Part shown: piece after piece, positions 24,101 through 37,443 of the stretch
How the letters are laid out: every line of letters begins with the position of its first letter
Position numbering within the stretch: the first letter of the stretch is position 1
NCBI GenBank assembly: GCA_958009085.1
Contig: OY253675.1
Span: 992,001 to 1,056,000 of the forward strand
DNA length: 64,000 nucleotides
Direction: 5' to 3'
From: Protoeuglena noctilucae
Taxonomy: Eukaryota
Program-made: the position numbers and the translations under genes
The notes under the pieces: model-generated
Told to the model about the DNA's origin: nothing
Databases searched by the model: none
The model's input: the letters and a program-made list of their open reading frames with translations, nothing else

Positions 24101-25348
24101 TGGCAGGTGAGAGCGTTACAGATACAGACTCAAGTACGACTGTGGCAGGTGAGAGCATGACACATACAGATTCACGCCCTTGCTTATTACGAATCACCAT
24201 TTAAGCAGCACCTAGTCTCTCTGCGATGCACGTTGGTCTTTGACTGGGAACCCACCCTGCTTGGCTCCCGCATCTGCGGTGTCTCACATGCGGCGTCTCA
24301 CATGCGGTGTCTCCCATGCTTACCATGCAGGGTGCAGCGGTGGACCAGGGAGCGCATGCTGAAGATCAGCGGGCAGGTGTCGCCATCGGTGCTTGACTGC
24401 GACCTCATCATCGTCCCAGGTGAGCCAGCCAACCGTGGGGCGGTGGGGCGTGAGATGCTTTGTGACGGGGCTTGTGCTTCACATGCTATCTGGTCACGTA
24501 GCCTCCCTGTGGTTCTATGCATGTTGATGGATTGGATCGTGAGCCCTGTGATGCAGCCAGCGCCTCCTCGCCCCTGCAGTCAACCTGCCCAATCACTGGG
24601 TGTGCGCGTGCATCGACCTGCGCCACCAGCGATTGGGGTTCTTCGACTCGATGGGGTCGCAGCGACAGGACGTGCTGCAGCACCTGGCACGGTGGGTGGG
24701 CGACGAGTACAAGGCGAGTTGCACTTGCCATGAGGGTTGCGGGGTGCAGGGCGGGCGGTAGGTGGGCGACACTGCGAGCGTCGTGCGAGCTGGTTCAGAA
24801 CAGGGTGGTCACGAGGGCCGATGATGGGGCGAAGGAAGGGCGTGTGATGTCCATGGCGTGGGTGACTGTGGCGTGCTCGTGCCCGTGCATCGCTGCAGTC
24901 GTGGCCTCACATGCGACCCGTCACCAACCCCGCAGGACAAGAAGGGCCAGGTATTGGACGCATCTGACTGGGAGATGTGCATGCCAGGGGTGCGCGCGCC
25001 CCAGCAGAACAACGGCAGCGACTGTGGGGTCTTCACCCTCATGTTCGCCGACTGCCTGGCGCGGGGGATCTCCCCTTTGGAGGACGCCACGGGGCGGAAC
25101 GCCTTCCCAGAATGCCTGGTGAGACACCAGGGCTGGGACAGGGTCTGTTAACTGTTAGTTAGCGCCGAGCTGTGCAGGCATGGCCTCCTGCACTTGTGCT
25201 GAGCGTGGCGCATGCCTCCAGGGGCCTGGCCCGGGGTTCGCATGCTGTTGTCTTATCTCCTACATTCCTCTTGCTGCAGTGTCAGGACAAGATGCCTCAT
25301 TTCCGCAACAAAATCGCGCGGGACCTCATGCGTGAACAAGCGAGCTGA
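21119..25348 (+). CDS. Ulp1/SENP-family SUMO protease (peptidase C48) with a long disordered N-terminus
   Basis: LRRGMWLTDEVIRGYL, VQRWT, LIIVPVNLPNHWVCACID..FFDSMG, PQQNNGSDCGVF (H-D-C triad); ends KMPHFRNKIARDL. Start and 5' exons are inferred from splice phases. Confidence 0.88.
24089..24172 (+). repeat. 42-nt tandem duplication of a Ulp1 exon end plus donor
   Basis: caagtacgact(a/g)tggcaggtgagagc at 24089 and 24131. Confidence 0.9.
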
Positions 25349-25726
25349 CAGCACAGTCCTCTGCAGTTTGTATCGCAGCTATGGGCTTGGAAGTTGCTTA
25401 AGCAGAGCGTCGTTGCCCTCTCGGATGATCCTAGAGCGCTACTGCGGATGTCAGATGCGCAAGTGAACGATTCAACGAAGTTGGCTGCCTCAAACTCTCT
25501 CATTGGGCGTGAACTCTTGGGTCCAAACTATCAGAATGTTCGAAAAGAGCGTCGCGGTCGTAGCGAGCGAGGTTGTCGCGATCGGGAAGGTCAAAGCGGG
25601 GCACTGTGCGTGTTCGGTCGAGAACTTAAAAACCGTTGCCGCGCCCTCGGCCAGGGGTGGCCCCGGCGTCAGTCTGGTTGCCGCGTCGTAGTTCGTGCCG
25701 TTCGGGCGCACTCGCCGGGGCCCGCG

Positions 25727-27720
25727 ATGGCGTCGATAAGCGACTATGTGTCCGGCACCCTGCGGACGCCGACCGCGGCCGCGGCAAGGCCTAAGTCGCC
25801 CCAGCGCCAGGAGGAGCGCAACCGCAGGCGGGAGGAGGTGGCGGCCGTGCGCATCCAGAGTGCGTACCGTTCCTTCAGCCAGCGGAAATCCTTCCGGTCC
25901 ATGCAGCTCGCCGTGCAGGTGGTGCAGAAATGGGTTCGGTGAGTGCCGAAGCGACTCGTTCGTACTTGTCGATGTGGTACACGAACATCTGTTTGCTGCA
26001 GCAGTCGTCAGGATCGATGGCTCTTCGTAGAGGCACCTTGACGCCCGCCCTTCCCCGCCCTGCCATGCGCAGCCGACTTTTGGCCAAGAAGGAGTACGAG
26101 CGGCTGTTGAAGGCTCGGAAACGGGAGCAGGCGTTCGATCTCCTGATGAAGCGGCATCGGGAGATGATGCAGGGCATGGCGGCGGACTACCGCGAGCTGG
26201 AGGGCATGGAGGTGAGGACTGTGTCGGCACAGCTAACCTCGTCACGGCCACACCCGTGCGTGCAGCCAAGCACCATCCTTTCCTCTGCACCCCGCAGGCG
26301 TACCAGCTCATGGCTTACAACCGTCGCCGAGAGGCCGCGGCCACGCTCATCCAAAAGTACGTGCGGCGTTGGCGGGCGCGGACCCGCTTCCTCCGCGACC
26401 GCAATCGCATGGCCCTGCAGCGAGGGGCTGGCGTCAACCAGCGGGTGCGTACCATGCCTGTATTGTGACACCTTCGAACACAACCACCAAGGACCGTTGA
26501 CCCGCCATGGGCGTTGTTGTTGTCCGAGCTTTGGCGACAGCCCTATGGAGAGTTAGCAGACAACATTCCCCCAACCAGTGCCTGTTCCTCCCACTCGCCT
26601 CTGCCGCAGGTGTACGATTCCCTCTGGGGCCGTCGTGGCGTGGCGCTGAGCGATGAGGAGCGTTCGCAGGACGACAGGATCCGCGCGCTGGCGGCGCGGC
26701 TGCGGGGCGACGACGACGGCGCGGGGGTGCGGGACCGGGAGGAGGCGGAGGAGCGTGCGGCAGCTGCAGCACAGAGGTCGGAGATCTTCGCAGATGGGCG
26801 GGTGCGCGTGGCGGAGGGGCGGCGTGCCATGCTGGAGCAACAGGTTCACGACCGGGTCTTGGCGCACAAGATGGCCGGGCGCGTGCCGGCGCCGACGGAC
26901 GAGGTCGCGGGTGCGTGGGGGGCGATGTGGATACAGGCATGGGTGATGCGATGGGTGACATGGAGTGGCTGAGTGGCATGGAGGGTTCGGTCAACGACGC
27001 AGCGGCGTGGAGCTTGTCAGTCCTACTTAGGCGCTGCTTCCACTGCCCCCCCTGCAGAACTGGATGAGCGGCTGGGGCGGCTGATGGGGGAGCGCCGGGA
27101 AAGGCTGAAGGAGGACGCCCAGAGCTTGATGCGGCGGAGGCGGAGGAGGATGCAGCTGACCGTGCTGCGGGAGAATCTCTTCGACTCCTCCTGGTGACAG
27201 GCGCAGTCTAGTGCTCAAGCGTTGCGGGACATGCCACCATGGCACAGTGCTGGTGGTACCAGCACCCGTGGGCCGCTCGTATCGTGTCCCAGCGCGCGAC
27301 GTCCTTCGCAGGTCCCTGGAGGAGCTGCCGAAGGGAATGCGCGCGCACCAGTTCCCGCTGCCGCCCGAAGAGTCGGGGCGCATGGCGAAGGCGGCGCAGG
27401 AGCACGCGCTTGCCCTGGCTGAGATATCGGACGCGTGGTGGAGGCCGCTCGGGAGGTTCCGGGGGACCGAGGTGGCCGCGGGCGAGGACCGCGCGGCGCT
27501 GGGGCGGCTCGAGGCGCGGGAGGCGGCGCGCAGGGCGCGGTGGGAGCGGGAGGAGCGGGCCCTGCGCGCGCGGCCGCGCGTCGAGGACCTCGAGCGAGCC
27601 GTCCGCGACCGGCTCGGGGTCCGGACCGCAGCGCTGCTGGCACGGGACGAGGAGCGGGAGGGCGACGTCGGAGCGGGAGGCGAAGCCGGGGAGACGGCCG
27701 AAGCGGTGGCAGCCGCGTGA
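25727..27720 (+). CDS. IQ-motif (calmodulin-binding) coiled-coil protein of unknown function, multi-exon
   Basis: IQ motifs AAVRIQSAYRSFSQRK, AVQVVQKWVRRLLAKK, AATLIQKYVRRWRART; E/R-rich helical exons with GT-AG boundaries. Confidence 0.7.
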
Positions 27721-27982
27721 TCCTTGGGAAGTAGCATTGGCACAGCTGGCCATGTTCTGCGGCCATCATAACCTGACGTCCGCGGTCAAACAGGACTGGC
27801 AGCGCTTTTTCGCTTGACAAGGCGCGTGTTCGTGGATGACTGGCCTATCTACGCCCCCACTTGCCAAGGGCGCTTCAGTTCTGAAATCGACACGCCCAGC
27901 TTATCCTTGTGTATGGGCTGATAGGGTCTCGGGGCGACACGGGCAGTTCGGAGCACAGACCCAAGCGGCCAGGCGGCCCGCG

Positions 27983-30900
27983 ATGGGCGTGCCGGCTTTC
28001 TATCGCTGGCTTAGCGCAAGGTATGCGCCCGTCCGCTTCCGCCGCGTGGCCCGGCGGGTCCTTGGCGGGTGTGCTACGCGCGAGGTTGCAGCATGCGCGG
28101 CGCGGGGCTGCGAGACGCGCGCTCGGCCGTCATCTATGGGTTCCGTCACGTGACGAGAACGTGCCAAAGGCGCCGCACGGCTGCGCGACCCTTGAGACCG
28201 GCGCCCCGTCGCGTTCATTGCGCAGGTACCCAAAGATCGTCCAGGATGCCGTGGAGGACGAGGCGGACGTCGTGGCGGGGGAGGAGATTCCGGTGGATGG
28301 AACGGAACCCAATCCCAACGGCGTGGAGTTCGACAACCTCTACCTGGACATGAACGGCATCATTCACCCGTGCTTCCACCCGGAGGACCGCCCCGCGCCC
28401 ACCACGGAGGTGATCGGCGTGGCAATGCGTGCGTCAACATCTGAGGATAGCACACACCTATCGGCTGCGTTCCTGCGTCGCACGGGCGACGCCCGGCGAA
28501 GCGAGACCTGCCGCGCTCATTGCGAACGCAGGTGGAGGTCTTCCAGAACATTTTCGAGTACATCGACCGCCTCATGCTCATCGTGCGGCCGCGGAAGCTC
28601 TTGTACATGGCCATCGACGGGGTGGCTCCCCGCGCGAAGATGAACCAGCAGCGTTCGCGGCGCTTTCGGTGCGTGCACGGGCCTGGCGCGCTGGCGGGGC
28701 TTCCTCTCCGATGCGCGAGTGGTCGCGGATATTGTTTGTAGCATCTTACTCGTGCCTATTGGCTCGCAGCCCCGCTCGATTGCGTGACGTCGCTGCTGTG
28801 GTGCTTTGTTCTGCAGGGCCGCCCAGGAGGCCGAGGAGCGGGCCAAGGCGGAGGAGAAGCTGCGCGCGAAGCTCGAGTCGCAGGGCACGAAGTTGCCGCC
28901 GCGCGGCGCCAAGAGCGAGGTCGTGGACTCGAACGCCATCACGCCCGGCACGCCCTTCATGGGCCGGCTGTCGGCCGCCCTGCAATACTACATCCACCGC
29001 CGGCTCAACGAGAACCGCGCGTGGCGACAGCTCAAGGTCATCCTCAGCGACTCCAATGTCCCCGGCGAGGGCGAACACAAGGCGAGCAAGCTTCCTGGAT
29101 ACCAGAGTGCTGGACATTGTTGATGTGCTCTCCACTGTTTTCCCGATGTTTTGGCTCTAATGCGCGGCCTTCTGTATACTATGCACCTTCTTTACGCCTT
29201 CTTCGCATCTCGCGATCCTTCCCGCAGGTCATGCAGTACATCCGCGAGCAGCGCGGCCTCCCAGGGTGGGACCCCAACACCAAGCACGTCATCTACGGCC
29301 TCGACGCGGACCTCATCATGCTGGCGCTGGCCACCCACGAACCGTGGTTCTACATCCTGAGGTGCGGGGGCAAGCGGGAGCTGCCGAGACGCGCGGCGCG
29401 ATGCACTGCATTACCTGGTGCAGCTGCACAATGGCAGCGCTGCAGCTGTGGCTACCTCGCCCCTTTTTACCAGCGCTGCCGACAGCGATGCACCTCCGCC
29501 TCTTTCGCATAACTATGTGCTCAACTCTTCCATTCATTCCCTTTCCACCGCGCAGGGAGGTGGTGACGCCCCCTCCACAGCGCGACCCCCGCGCGACGAT
29601 CCTGGAGCAGGCCATGGCAGCGCAGACCAAGAAGAGGGAGGTCGAGAAGCCCGTTTCCAAGAAACCCTACCAGTTCCTCAAGTGCTCCGTCCTGCGCGAG
29701 TACCTCGTGCTCGACCTGGCGCCCAGGTGAGGGGTGGTGCTGCGGGTGTGGCTGGTCAGTCGACACGGCGCGGTGTGTGTGCATGTCGTGGCCTGCAGTG
29801 CCGCACGCTGCTTTCGCCTGCCACCAGCTTGCAATACACATACATGTTCTACTGTGTTGTGACGTCGCTCGTCCCTGATCGTTACACCCTACCTTACCCC
29901 TTGCCTGTCCTGACTCTGTTCCCAGTGACGTCAACCACCGCGTGGACAAGGAGCGTGTTTTCGACGACTTCGTCTTCATGTGCTTCTTCGTGGGCAATGA
30001 CTTCCTGCCCCACATGCCCACGCTGGAAATCCGGGAGGGGGCCATCGAGACCCTCATGACCGTCTACCGAAGGCGAGGGGTGCATGTGTGGTGGGGTTGC
30101 ATGAATGCCTGTGCATTGTGACTCGGTGGCTTTGTAGCCTCGGGTACCAGAAAGCTACGCTCAGATGCACGTAGTTGCGTGTTGTGTTGTTGTACCTGAA
30201 GGGACGAGCCACTACCACCCTTGCCCCGCTACATCGCCTCACCTCTCCCCACCCCTCCGTGCTCCCCAGGGAGCTCCCCCGCCTGGGCCACCTGGTGCAG
30301 GGCCCCCACATCTACCTTGATCGAGTGGAGCAGTTCATCCAAATCGTCGGGTCGTTCGAGGACGCCATCTTCGCCAAACGGAAGCAGGCGCTGGAGAGGC
30401 AGAAGAGGAGGATTGCCAGGGACCGTGCGGACAAGAACCGCATGCTGCAGGGGCTCGTGCCTGGGGGTGACTTCCGAGATGGCGGTCAGAGGGCGACAGG
30501 GCCGGGGGCGGGAAGCGGGGCGGCGTGGATGGGGGGCGACAAGAGCAAGGCTCAGGTGGCAAAGGAGCGGAAGCTGGCGGAGGCTGTGGAGCTGGCGCGG
30601 GCGGTGGGGCAGGCGACGCCGCTGCCGATGCCTGGGGGTGGGGATGAGGCAAGGCCGTGGGAGGGTGGGGGCGGCAAGCGGGGGAGGGAGGAGGGGACTG
30701 GGCCGGGGACTGTGGGGGCTACGAACAAGGATGCGGCGGCTGAGCTGCGTGCCAAGATACTCAGCGGAGTGAAGAGGGCCAAGGGGGACGGGGAGGGGCA
30801 GGTGATGCGATGGGGGTGGTCTTGGTGCATCAGCTGATGGCGAGGTGTTGGAAAGGGGACTCGGTGGTTTGCAAGAGGGTCATTTAGATTGGGACAGCCT

Positions 30901-33900
30901 GAGCTGCGGCGCGTGACTGTCCCTGTGTGTTTCCCCCACGCAGGCCGCTGCCGTGTCAAGCGCCCCCGCGTCAGTCCCGACTCCGGCGGCCGACGCGGCC
31001 TCGAGTTTCTGGGACTCCCTCTCCGCGGCCCCGAAAGCGGAGGGGGGCGCCGCGGGGATCGAACCCGCGACCGCAGGGGACGCAGGCCCACAGGGGTCGG
31101 CCGCCACGCCAGACGTGAAGAGCGGTGGGGACGGCGGCCATGCAGGGAGCAAGAGCAGCGGCAAGAAGCGGCGGTGGGGGGAGGCAGTGGGGCCTGCGAA
31201 TGGCGCTGGGCACAAAGAAGGGGCCAAAGAGGATGGGGCTGTGGCGGTGACGGGAGATGGGGGGGTGGAGGTGGCAGGGGTGGCGGTGGGGGATGAGGCG
31301 GTGGGTGAAGAGGAAGATGAGGGTGATGATGAGGAGTTGGTGGATGACGAGTTGAATGACCTGGGGGAGGAGGGCGACGCGGTGCTGGCGGCGCTGGCGG
31401 AGGAAGTTAAAGAGAACGAGGTGAGATGGGGGGATGCCTGGTGGGGTGATGGGCGAGGTGATGGGTGAGGGGTCATGATGTTTGTGAGTGAGCGTCTTTA
31501 ATAATCACGTATCACATTATCGTGTCCTCATCGCGGCTGTCTTCGCCCCTGATCTCCCAGAAGGCGTTCAAGGCCAAGATGTCCGCGATGCTCGACTCCC
31601 AGAAGGACATGTTCGATGCCATGGTGGAGGAGGAGAGGGGCATCCGGTGAGTCATGGGTGCATGAATGTGGGGGGTGGGAAGAGGGGTACATGGGGTGTA
31701 TAGGGTGCATGAGGAGGGTCTGAGGTGGTGACAGCTTGTGGCGGTGCCATGTCGCACAGTGCTGCGAGTAGTACAAACACGCCTGTCCCCGTGCATACTA
31801 TGCTTATACATATGCAATTGTCCCACCTCCCCTCAGCCTGCACGAGTCCGGTTGGAAGGAGCGCTACTACATGGAGAAGCTGGGGGCGACCAAGGAGACG
31901 CTGCCCGCCGTCATCCGGCGCGTGGTGGAGGCGTTCGTGAGGGGACTGGCGTGGGTCATGCGGTGAGCAGTGGCAGTGTGTGTGTGTCACTTGCTCACTC
32001 ATTTATACCATCTCCTCTCCTCCTTCAGTTACTACTATGACAGCGTGGCCTCCTGGTATCTTTCGCTTACACCAGCACCACCACTTATTCGCATATCCCA
32101 TCCCCTCTCTTCCTTACTCAGTTACTACTACGACAGCGCGGCCTCCTGGTCCTGGTACTACCCCATCACTTACACCCATCACTTGTCACATTCATTTACC
32201 CCATCGCCCCATCTCTGCAGTTATTACTACGACAGCGTGGCCTCCTGGTCCTGGTATTACCCCGAGCACTACGCCCCCTTCGCCAGCGACCTGGTCGACC
32301 TGTCATCCATCGACATTCGATTCGAACTGGGCAGGCCCTTCAAGCCGTTCAACCAGCTCATGGGGGTGCTGCCCGCCGCCTCCAAGCACTGCCTGCCCGA
32401 GGCGTACCGGTGAGGGGGGGGTTGGGGGAGTAGGGATGAGAGGCATAGAGTGATCGAGTATTGTGAGGGGCGTATGGCGGTGATGGTGGTGGTGGTGGTG
32501 GTGAGGGAGTTAATGTGAGAGTTGTGAGGTAGTGATGGGAGGGGTGCATGACGGGGTGCTAGTCATTGCTTAATGCTATAGAGAATGCCATAGAGAATGC
32601 TGTAGACAGAATGCTAGAGAGAATGCTCCAAAGATAAATCTTCATCATCATCATCTGTTAACAACCAACCACCCCCCCTTCCCTCTCCCCCCAGTTGGCT
32701 CTTCGACTCCCCCCAGTCCCCCATATTAGACTTTTACCCCAAGGACTTCAAGCTGGACATGAACGGCAAGAGGTTCGCCTGGCAGGCCGTGGCGCTGCTG
32801 CCTTTCATCGATGAAAAGCGACTGCTGGATGCCGTGGCGTTGGTGGAGGGGGAGCTGAGCGAGGAGGAGAGGTACCGCAACTCGCAGAGGCTGGAGATGC
32901 TCTTCGTGCATGCGGAGGTGAGGGGATGGGCGTGATGATGGGGTGATAGTGTTTGTCCAGCTGAGGCCCCTTCTTTATTCCTATAAACCCTTTCTGTCAC
33001 TCCTCCTCTCACTCCACCCTACCTCACCCCCCCTCTCCCTCTCACTCACCCCCACTCACCTACTCATCCCACTCCCCCCCCCCCCCCCCCCCCCCCCAGC
33101 ACCCCCTGGCCCCCGCCACTCTGGAGCTCGCCCACCTCCCCCCCTCCTCCACCACCCCACCCGAAGCCCCCATCGACCCAGCCGAATCTCAAGGCATGAA
33201 CGGCACCATATCTGCGCCTATGGGAGACCCGATGCCTGCAGTGCTGGAGGCGCCGTTTGGGCTGGGGGAGCCGGTACGGAACAACAACGCGGTGTGTGCG
33301 TTGTACCGACTGCCCGCGCACCACCCCCACAAGTGCACCATCTTAGAGGTGAGGGTTTTTGTAGGGGGGCGGGGGGGTGGAGGTGGGGATGTGGTGCTAT
33401 TGCATGCAAACCCTTTTGTTGCGTCATTCCTCAGCATATCTCTTTCCATGTCACTCACTGGCCCTACCAACCCCCACACCACCCCACTCTCCCCAGGGCA
33501 CGGTACTTCCCCCCCTGGAGTGCACAGAGATGGATCGCCCAGCTGTCGAGCAGATGTGGCACTTGTCGCAGGCAGGTGGGGGGCCCAGGCCACACTACCA
33601 CGGCGGCGGTGGGGGTGGCAGGGGCTACGGTGGCCACCCTGGTGGGGCAAACCCCGGGGGACACCCCAGCGCCAGAAACGGGCCGGGTCAGGCGGGGTGG
33701 GACAGGGCGCACGTGCCAGTGGCGCACCTGGCGCCAGAATCGCAGCAATTCCTGCAGCACGAATTGGGGAGGGGGGGGCAGCCGGGGCCCAGGGGACCGG
33801 GGGGGTACGGGCCTGGGTATGGGGGCTACGGTGGTGGTGGCGGCGGTGGGAGTGTGACGTTTGGGCAGCAGCAGGGGATGAATGTGGCGGCGGGGAGGGG

Positions 33901-34628
33901 CATGGGGCGCGGGTGCGTGGGTGGGGTGGGGTGTGGGAGGGAGTGGGGTGTGTGGAGATAGTAGCTTGCGTGGGGAGCATGGGCTGTTATGGTTTGTCGT
34001 ACTTAGCATGTTTGTGCTTGGCAGGTGCCCTGCTCAGCCTTACCCATATCTCGCATCCCACTGCCGCGTCCCAGCCACCCCACGTCTCCAATACAAGGAT
34101 CCACAGTTGCACTTCTTACCCACTCTCATCGCTCTCCCCCACCTTCTTGCACGCAGAGCACCCCCCCAACCCCAACCCCACGCCCCGCCTTTCTACCCTG
34201 GCCAAGCCAGGCCCCCCGACGCCTACCCCCACCAACCACCACCCTACCACAACCCCCCTTACAACATGAATATGCTGCCCGGTAACTTCGGACCTAACCC
34301 TGGTGGGGTATACCCCCCTGCAGCGGGTAATGCCCCGCCTGCCTATGGCGCACCTGCAATGGGCGGTCCTGGGGGCTTTGCAGGGCAGCAGGGCTATGGC
34401 GGGGGTGGGTACGGCAGCAGTGGGGGTTTCGGTGCTGTGCCTGGGGACAGATATGGGGCAATGGCTGGTGATAGGTATGGGGCGATGGCGGGGGATAGGT
34501 ATGGGGGGCCGCCAGTAGGGCGGGGAGGTGGAGGGCGGGGGGGTGGGGGTGGCGGTGGTGGGAGAGGGAGGGGTGGGGGGCGATTCGATGCTCTTGTGAG
34601 GCATGGGAGAGGGGCGGGGGGGTACTGA
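27983..34628 (+). CDS. XRN2: 5'-3' exoribonuclease of the XRN2/XRN3/XRN4 family with a Gly/Pro/Tyr- and RGG-rich tail
   Basis: [117 protein letters not shown]. Confidence 0.95.
32026..32265 (+). repeat. Triplicated acceptor plus exon start (CAG|TTACTACTAYGACAGCG..) in XRN
   Basis: Copies begin at 32026, 32119 and 32218; only the last continues into the conserved exon. Confidence 0.92.
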
Positions 34629-34917
34629 GGGAGTTGGGGAGTTGGGGTTGAGAGTGCAGCGATGATGGGTGGGTGCGGTTATGGGAGCTGGGTGGTAGAA
34701 AGGGATGGGGGGGCGATGTGCGTGTGCATGCGTGCCTTTTGTGGTAGCTGTGAAGGGCATTCGTGCTCATCGTTGTCTTTGAAGAAGTGGTAGAGCAGGA
34801 AAGGTTACAATGCTACGATACGCTTCAAAGCACGCGGCTCGTGCCATCTGGCCTGCTATGACGTTCCATGCCAACCCATGCCGCAGTGCCACCCATGCCC
34901 CGCTCAGTCACCACCCA

Positions 34918-37443
34918 CTACGCCCCCTCGCCCCCCTCCCCATCGCTCCCACTCCCACTCCCGCTCCCCTCACCCCCACTCCCCCCGTCCCACATCCCCC
35001 GCTCCTTCCTGGCTCGCCTAGGCGACACCCACGGAGCGAGAGTGATGTCATCTGGCCGTCGGTCATTGCGCTCATAGTAGGCACTCCAATGGGCCATCAG
35101 GGGAGCAGGCATCTCCCAGGGACGGTGAGTGGTAGGAGTAGTAGTGGTGGTGGTGGTTGCACCTGTAATGGGTGCACTAACGCCTTCACCCATGCTTTCA
35201 CTCATGCCCTCCGCCACACCCTCTCTTGCACAACCACCACCCCCCATTGATCCTTCCAATCCCTCTCCACTCCCCATTCCACTCGACTGTTCTGAATGCC
35301 CCACCGCCACGCACACTGGCAGCCATGGCGCGTGAGCCCCACTCGCCCTCAGCCTGGCTTCCAGTTCCCCCACTGCAACGCTGGGGTCGTCGGGTGAGGA
35401 ACACTCCCACCGCGGCATCAGCAGCAGAGACCCTGCATGTGTGGTGGGGTGGGGAGAGATGAAGGGGATGGCATAAGAGAGTGAAACATAGGGACATGGA
35501 GACAGCACAGCTCCAAGCGTACCCATTGTGTACTGTACTGGTACTATACTATCAGTATAGTACAAGTCTAATGTATCTCGTCACATCTCACCGGGTCTCT
35601 TCTCCCTCTCCCTGGGTGTGCTGAGGGGCGCCTGCACGAAACGCGTGCGCCCCTCCCACCGCACGCCACCACCACCACCAACGCCCTGCTCTTGCATCGA
35701 CCCAGCCACGCCAGCACCCTCCACCTCTTCTTCTGCTTTCGCCCACCCCTGTGCCATGGGCGCTGGCCTCTGTCCCTCCCGTGACACATCACGCTCATAA
35801 CGCAACCCACTCTCGCCACCACCACCACCGCCACTCCGCTCTCCGTTCCTGCCCACCACTCCACCTCCACCCCCACCCCGACCCTCTTTATCTCGCTGCA
35901 ATCTGTCACCCCCATCGTCACCCCACCGCAGCGCAGTGTCCCAGGCGAAGTGCGTGTGGCCATAGATGTGAATGTGGGGGCGGAGGCGATTGACGCGAGA
36001 GCCCAGGGGATCGGAACCGGACATCTTGGCAAAATCTGTGGGGCGCAGATAGGGTGGGTAACATTGGTGGAGAGAGAAGGTGATGTAAGTAACATGTATG
36101 TTGGTTAGCAAGGGCGAATGTAGCAGGGGCGGCAGGGTGACAGCAAAAGCATGGACAGCTGCCCCGCTCCCCTGCAAAGCCACGTGCTCACCGGGATAAG
36201 TCAGGTATCGCTTCTCCGGCAGCAGCAGCTGGTAGGGCAGGTAGTGGCTCATGGTGACGAGCGCGCATCCGTGCAAACGCGCGTGGCACGCCGCCTCCTC
36301 CGCCGTCGCAAACTCCCGCACCGCGCCCCCTCCTGCCTCTTGCGCCCGTCGGGAGTTCGATCCCCTCTGACGAAACGTCGTCCTCTCTCCCGATGTCGAT
36401 TGTGCTGCATCGCTCATCACCAACGCAGATGGGTCGTCGTTCAGTGCGTCGAACCACTCTGCCAGCGCCAGTGACCCTTTCTCGTCTCCACCAGCCACAC
36501 TTGCAGGCCACTGGCAGGCGCGGTAGTCATTGCAGGCGATGCCCACTGGGGAAAACCCTGCGATGTCCCTCTCCTTGTCCCAGGACCTGGGTGGGGCAGC
36601 GAGTGGGGTGTGTGGTGAGGTGAGATGAGGTGAGGTGAGGTGAGGTGAGGTGAGATGAGGTGCTGGCCATGGAGACGCCAGGTGGCGTGTCACGCATCTG
36701 TGAGACAGATGCCAATGCCACCATCGCATGCCTCACTCACTTGTGGTGCCACGGGAACAGGTGCAACTGCTACCATCACGACTCACTTGTGGTGCCATGA
36801 GAACAGAGGCGCCACGACCACCGGGCCCAGGCGGAAGGGCGACGTCCGCACCCCCTCCTCCTCGCACACCCGCATCACCAGCCGCAGCTTCGCCAGAGAG
36901 TCCGAGCAGCCGCCGTTGCGGCGATGGGCATCGGGGCCCGAACCCCTGCGATGGGAAGCCGAGGGCTGGTGCCGTTCACTCCCCTTTGTTCGCATGCACC
37001 CGTGGGTCCGCATAACCACCACATAAATCCAATCCAGAGAATCTGGCTATTGCATCTTTCGATTCCTATTCCTCGCCTGACCCATAAGTCGTGGTTCCCC
37101 GGCGTGAAGCACACCTCCCGGAAGCCACGCCGCAGCACCGCCAGCGTCTCCCGCACCATGTCGATGTCGTCCGAGATGTCGCCGGGGAGCAGCAGGACGT
37201 GGTCCTGCGTGGAAAGCACGAACAGAACGACAAGTTGAGGATGCGCAGGGAAGAGGGACGGCGAAGGTAAGCAGCGGGCTTTCTTCACAGGGCCGAGCGT
37301 GAGCGCACCCGGTACAGTCCTCCCTCGGCGAGGTCCCGAATCCACTGCATGTTCTCGGGGTGGTCCGTGTGCACGTCCGACTGCGGATGGGAAGTGGTGA
37401 GGAGTCGGCAGAGCCTAAAATGGGGAACGTGCCGTAAACGCAT
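34918..37443 (-). CDS. Calcineurin-like metallophosphoesterase, multi-exon
   Basis: SDVHTD, LLLPGDISDD, FTPGNHDLW, PLFSWHH, TMSHYLP, HIHIYGHTH. The start codon is uncertain. TGTAA (chlorophyte poly(A) signal) lies on the minus strand at 34804-34808. Confidence 0.85.
36615..36661. repeat. Pentamer array, sense (CTCAC)n, near an intron 3' end
   Basis: gtgaggtgagatgaggtgaggtgagg... visible on the plus strand. Confidence 0.9.
36735..36806 (-). repeat. Duplicated exon end plus donor (LFSWHH|GTGAGT and LFPWHH GTGAGT)
   Basis: actcacttgtggtgcca..gaacag at 36735 and 36781. Confidence 0.88.

Noticed and set aside
21119..25348. Ulp1 protease as cargo of a Zisupton/KDZ or Mutator-like transposon
   Set aside because: No transposase or termini nearby; it looks like an ordinary intron-rich SENP/ESD4-type gene.
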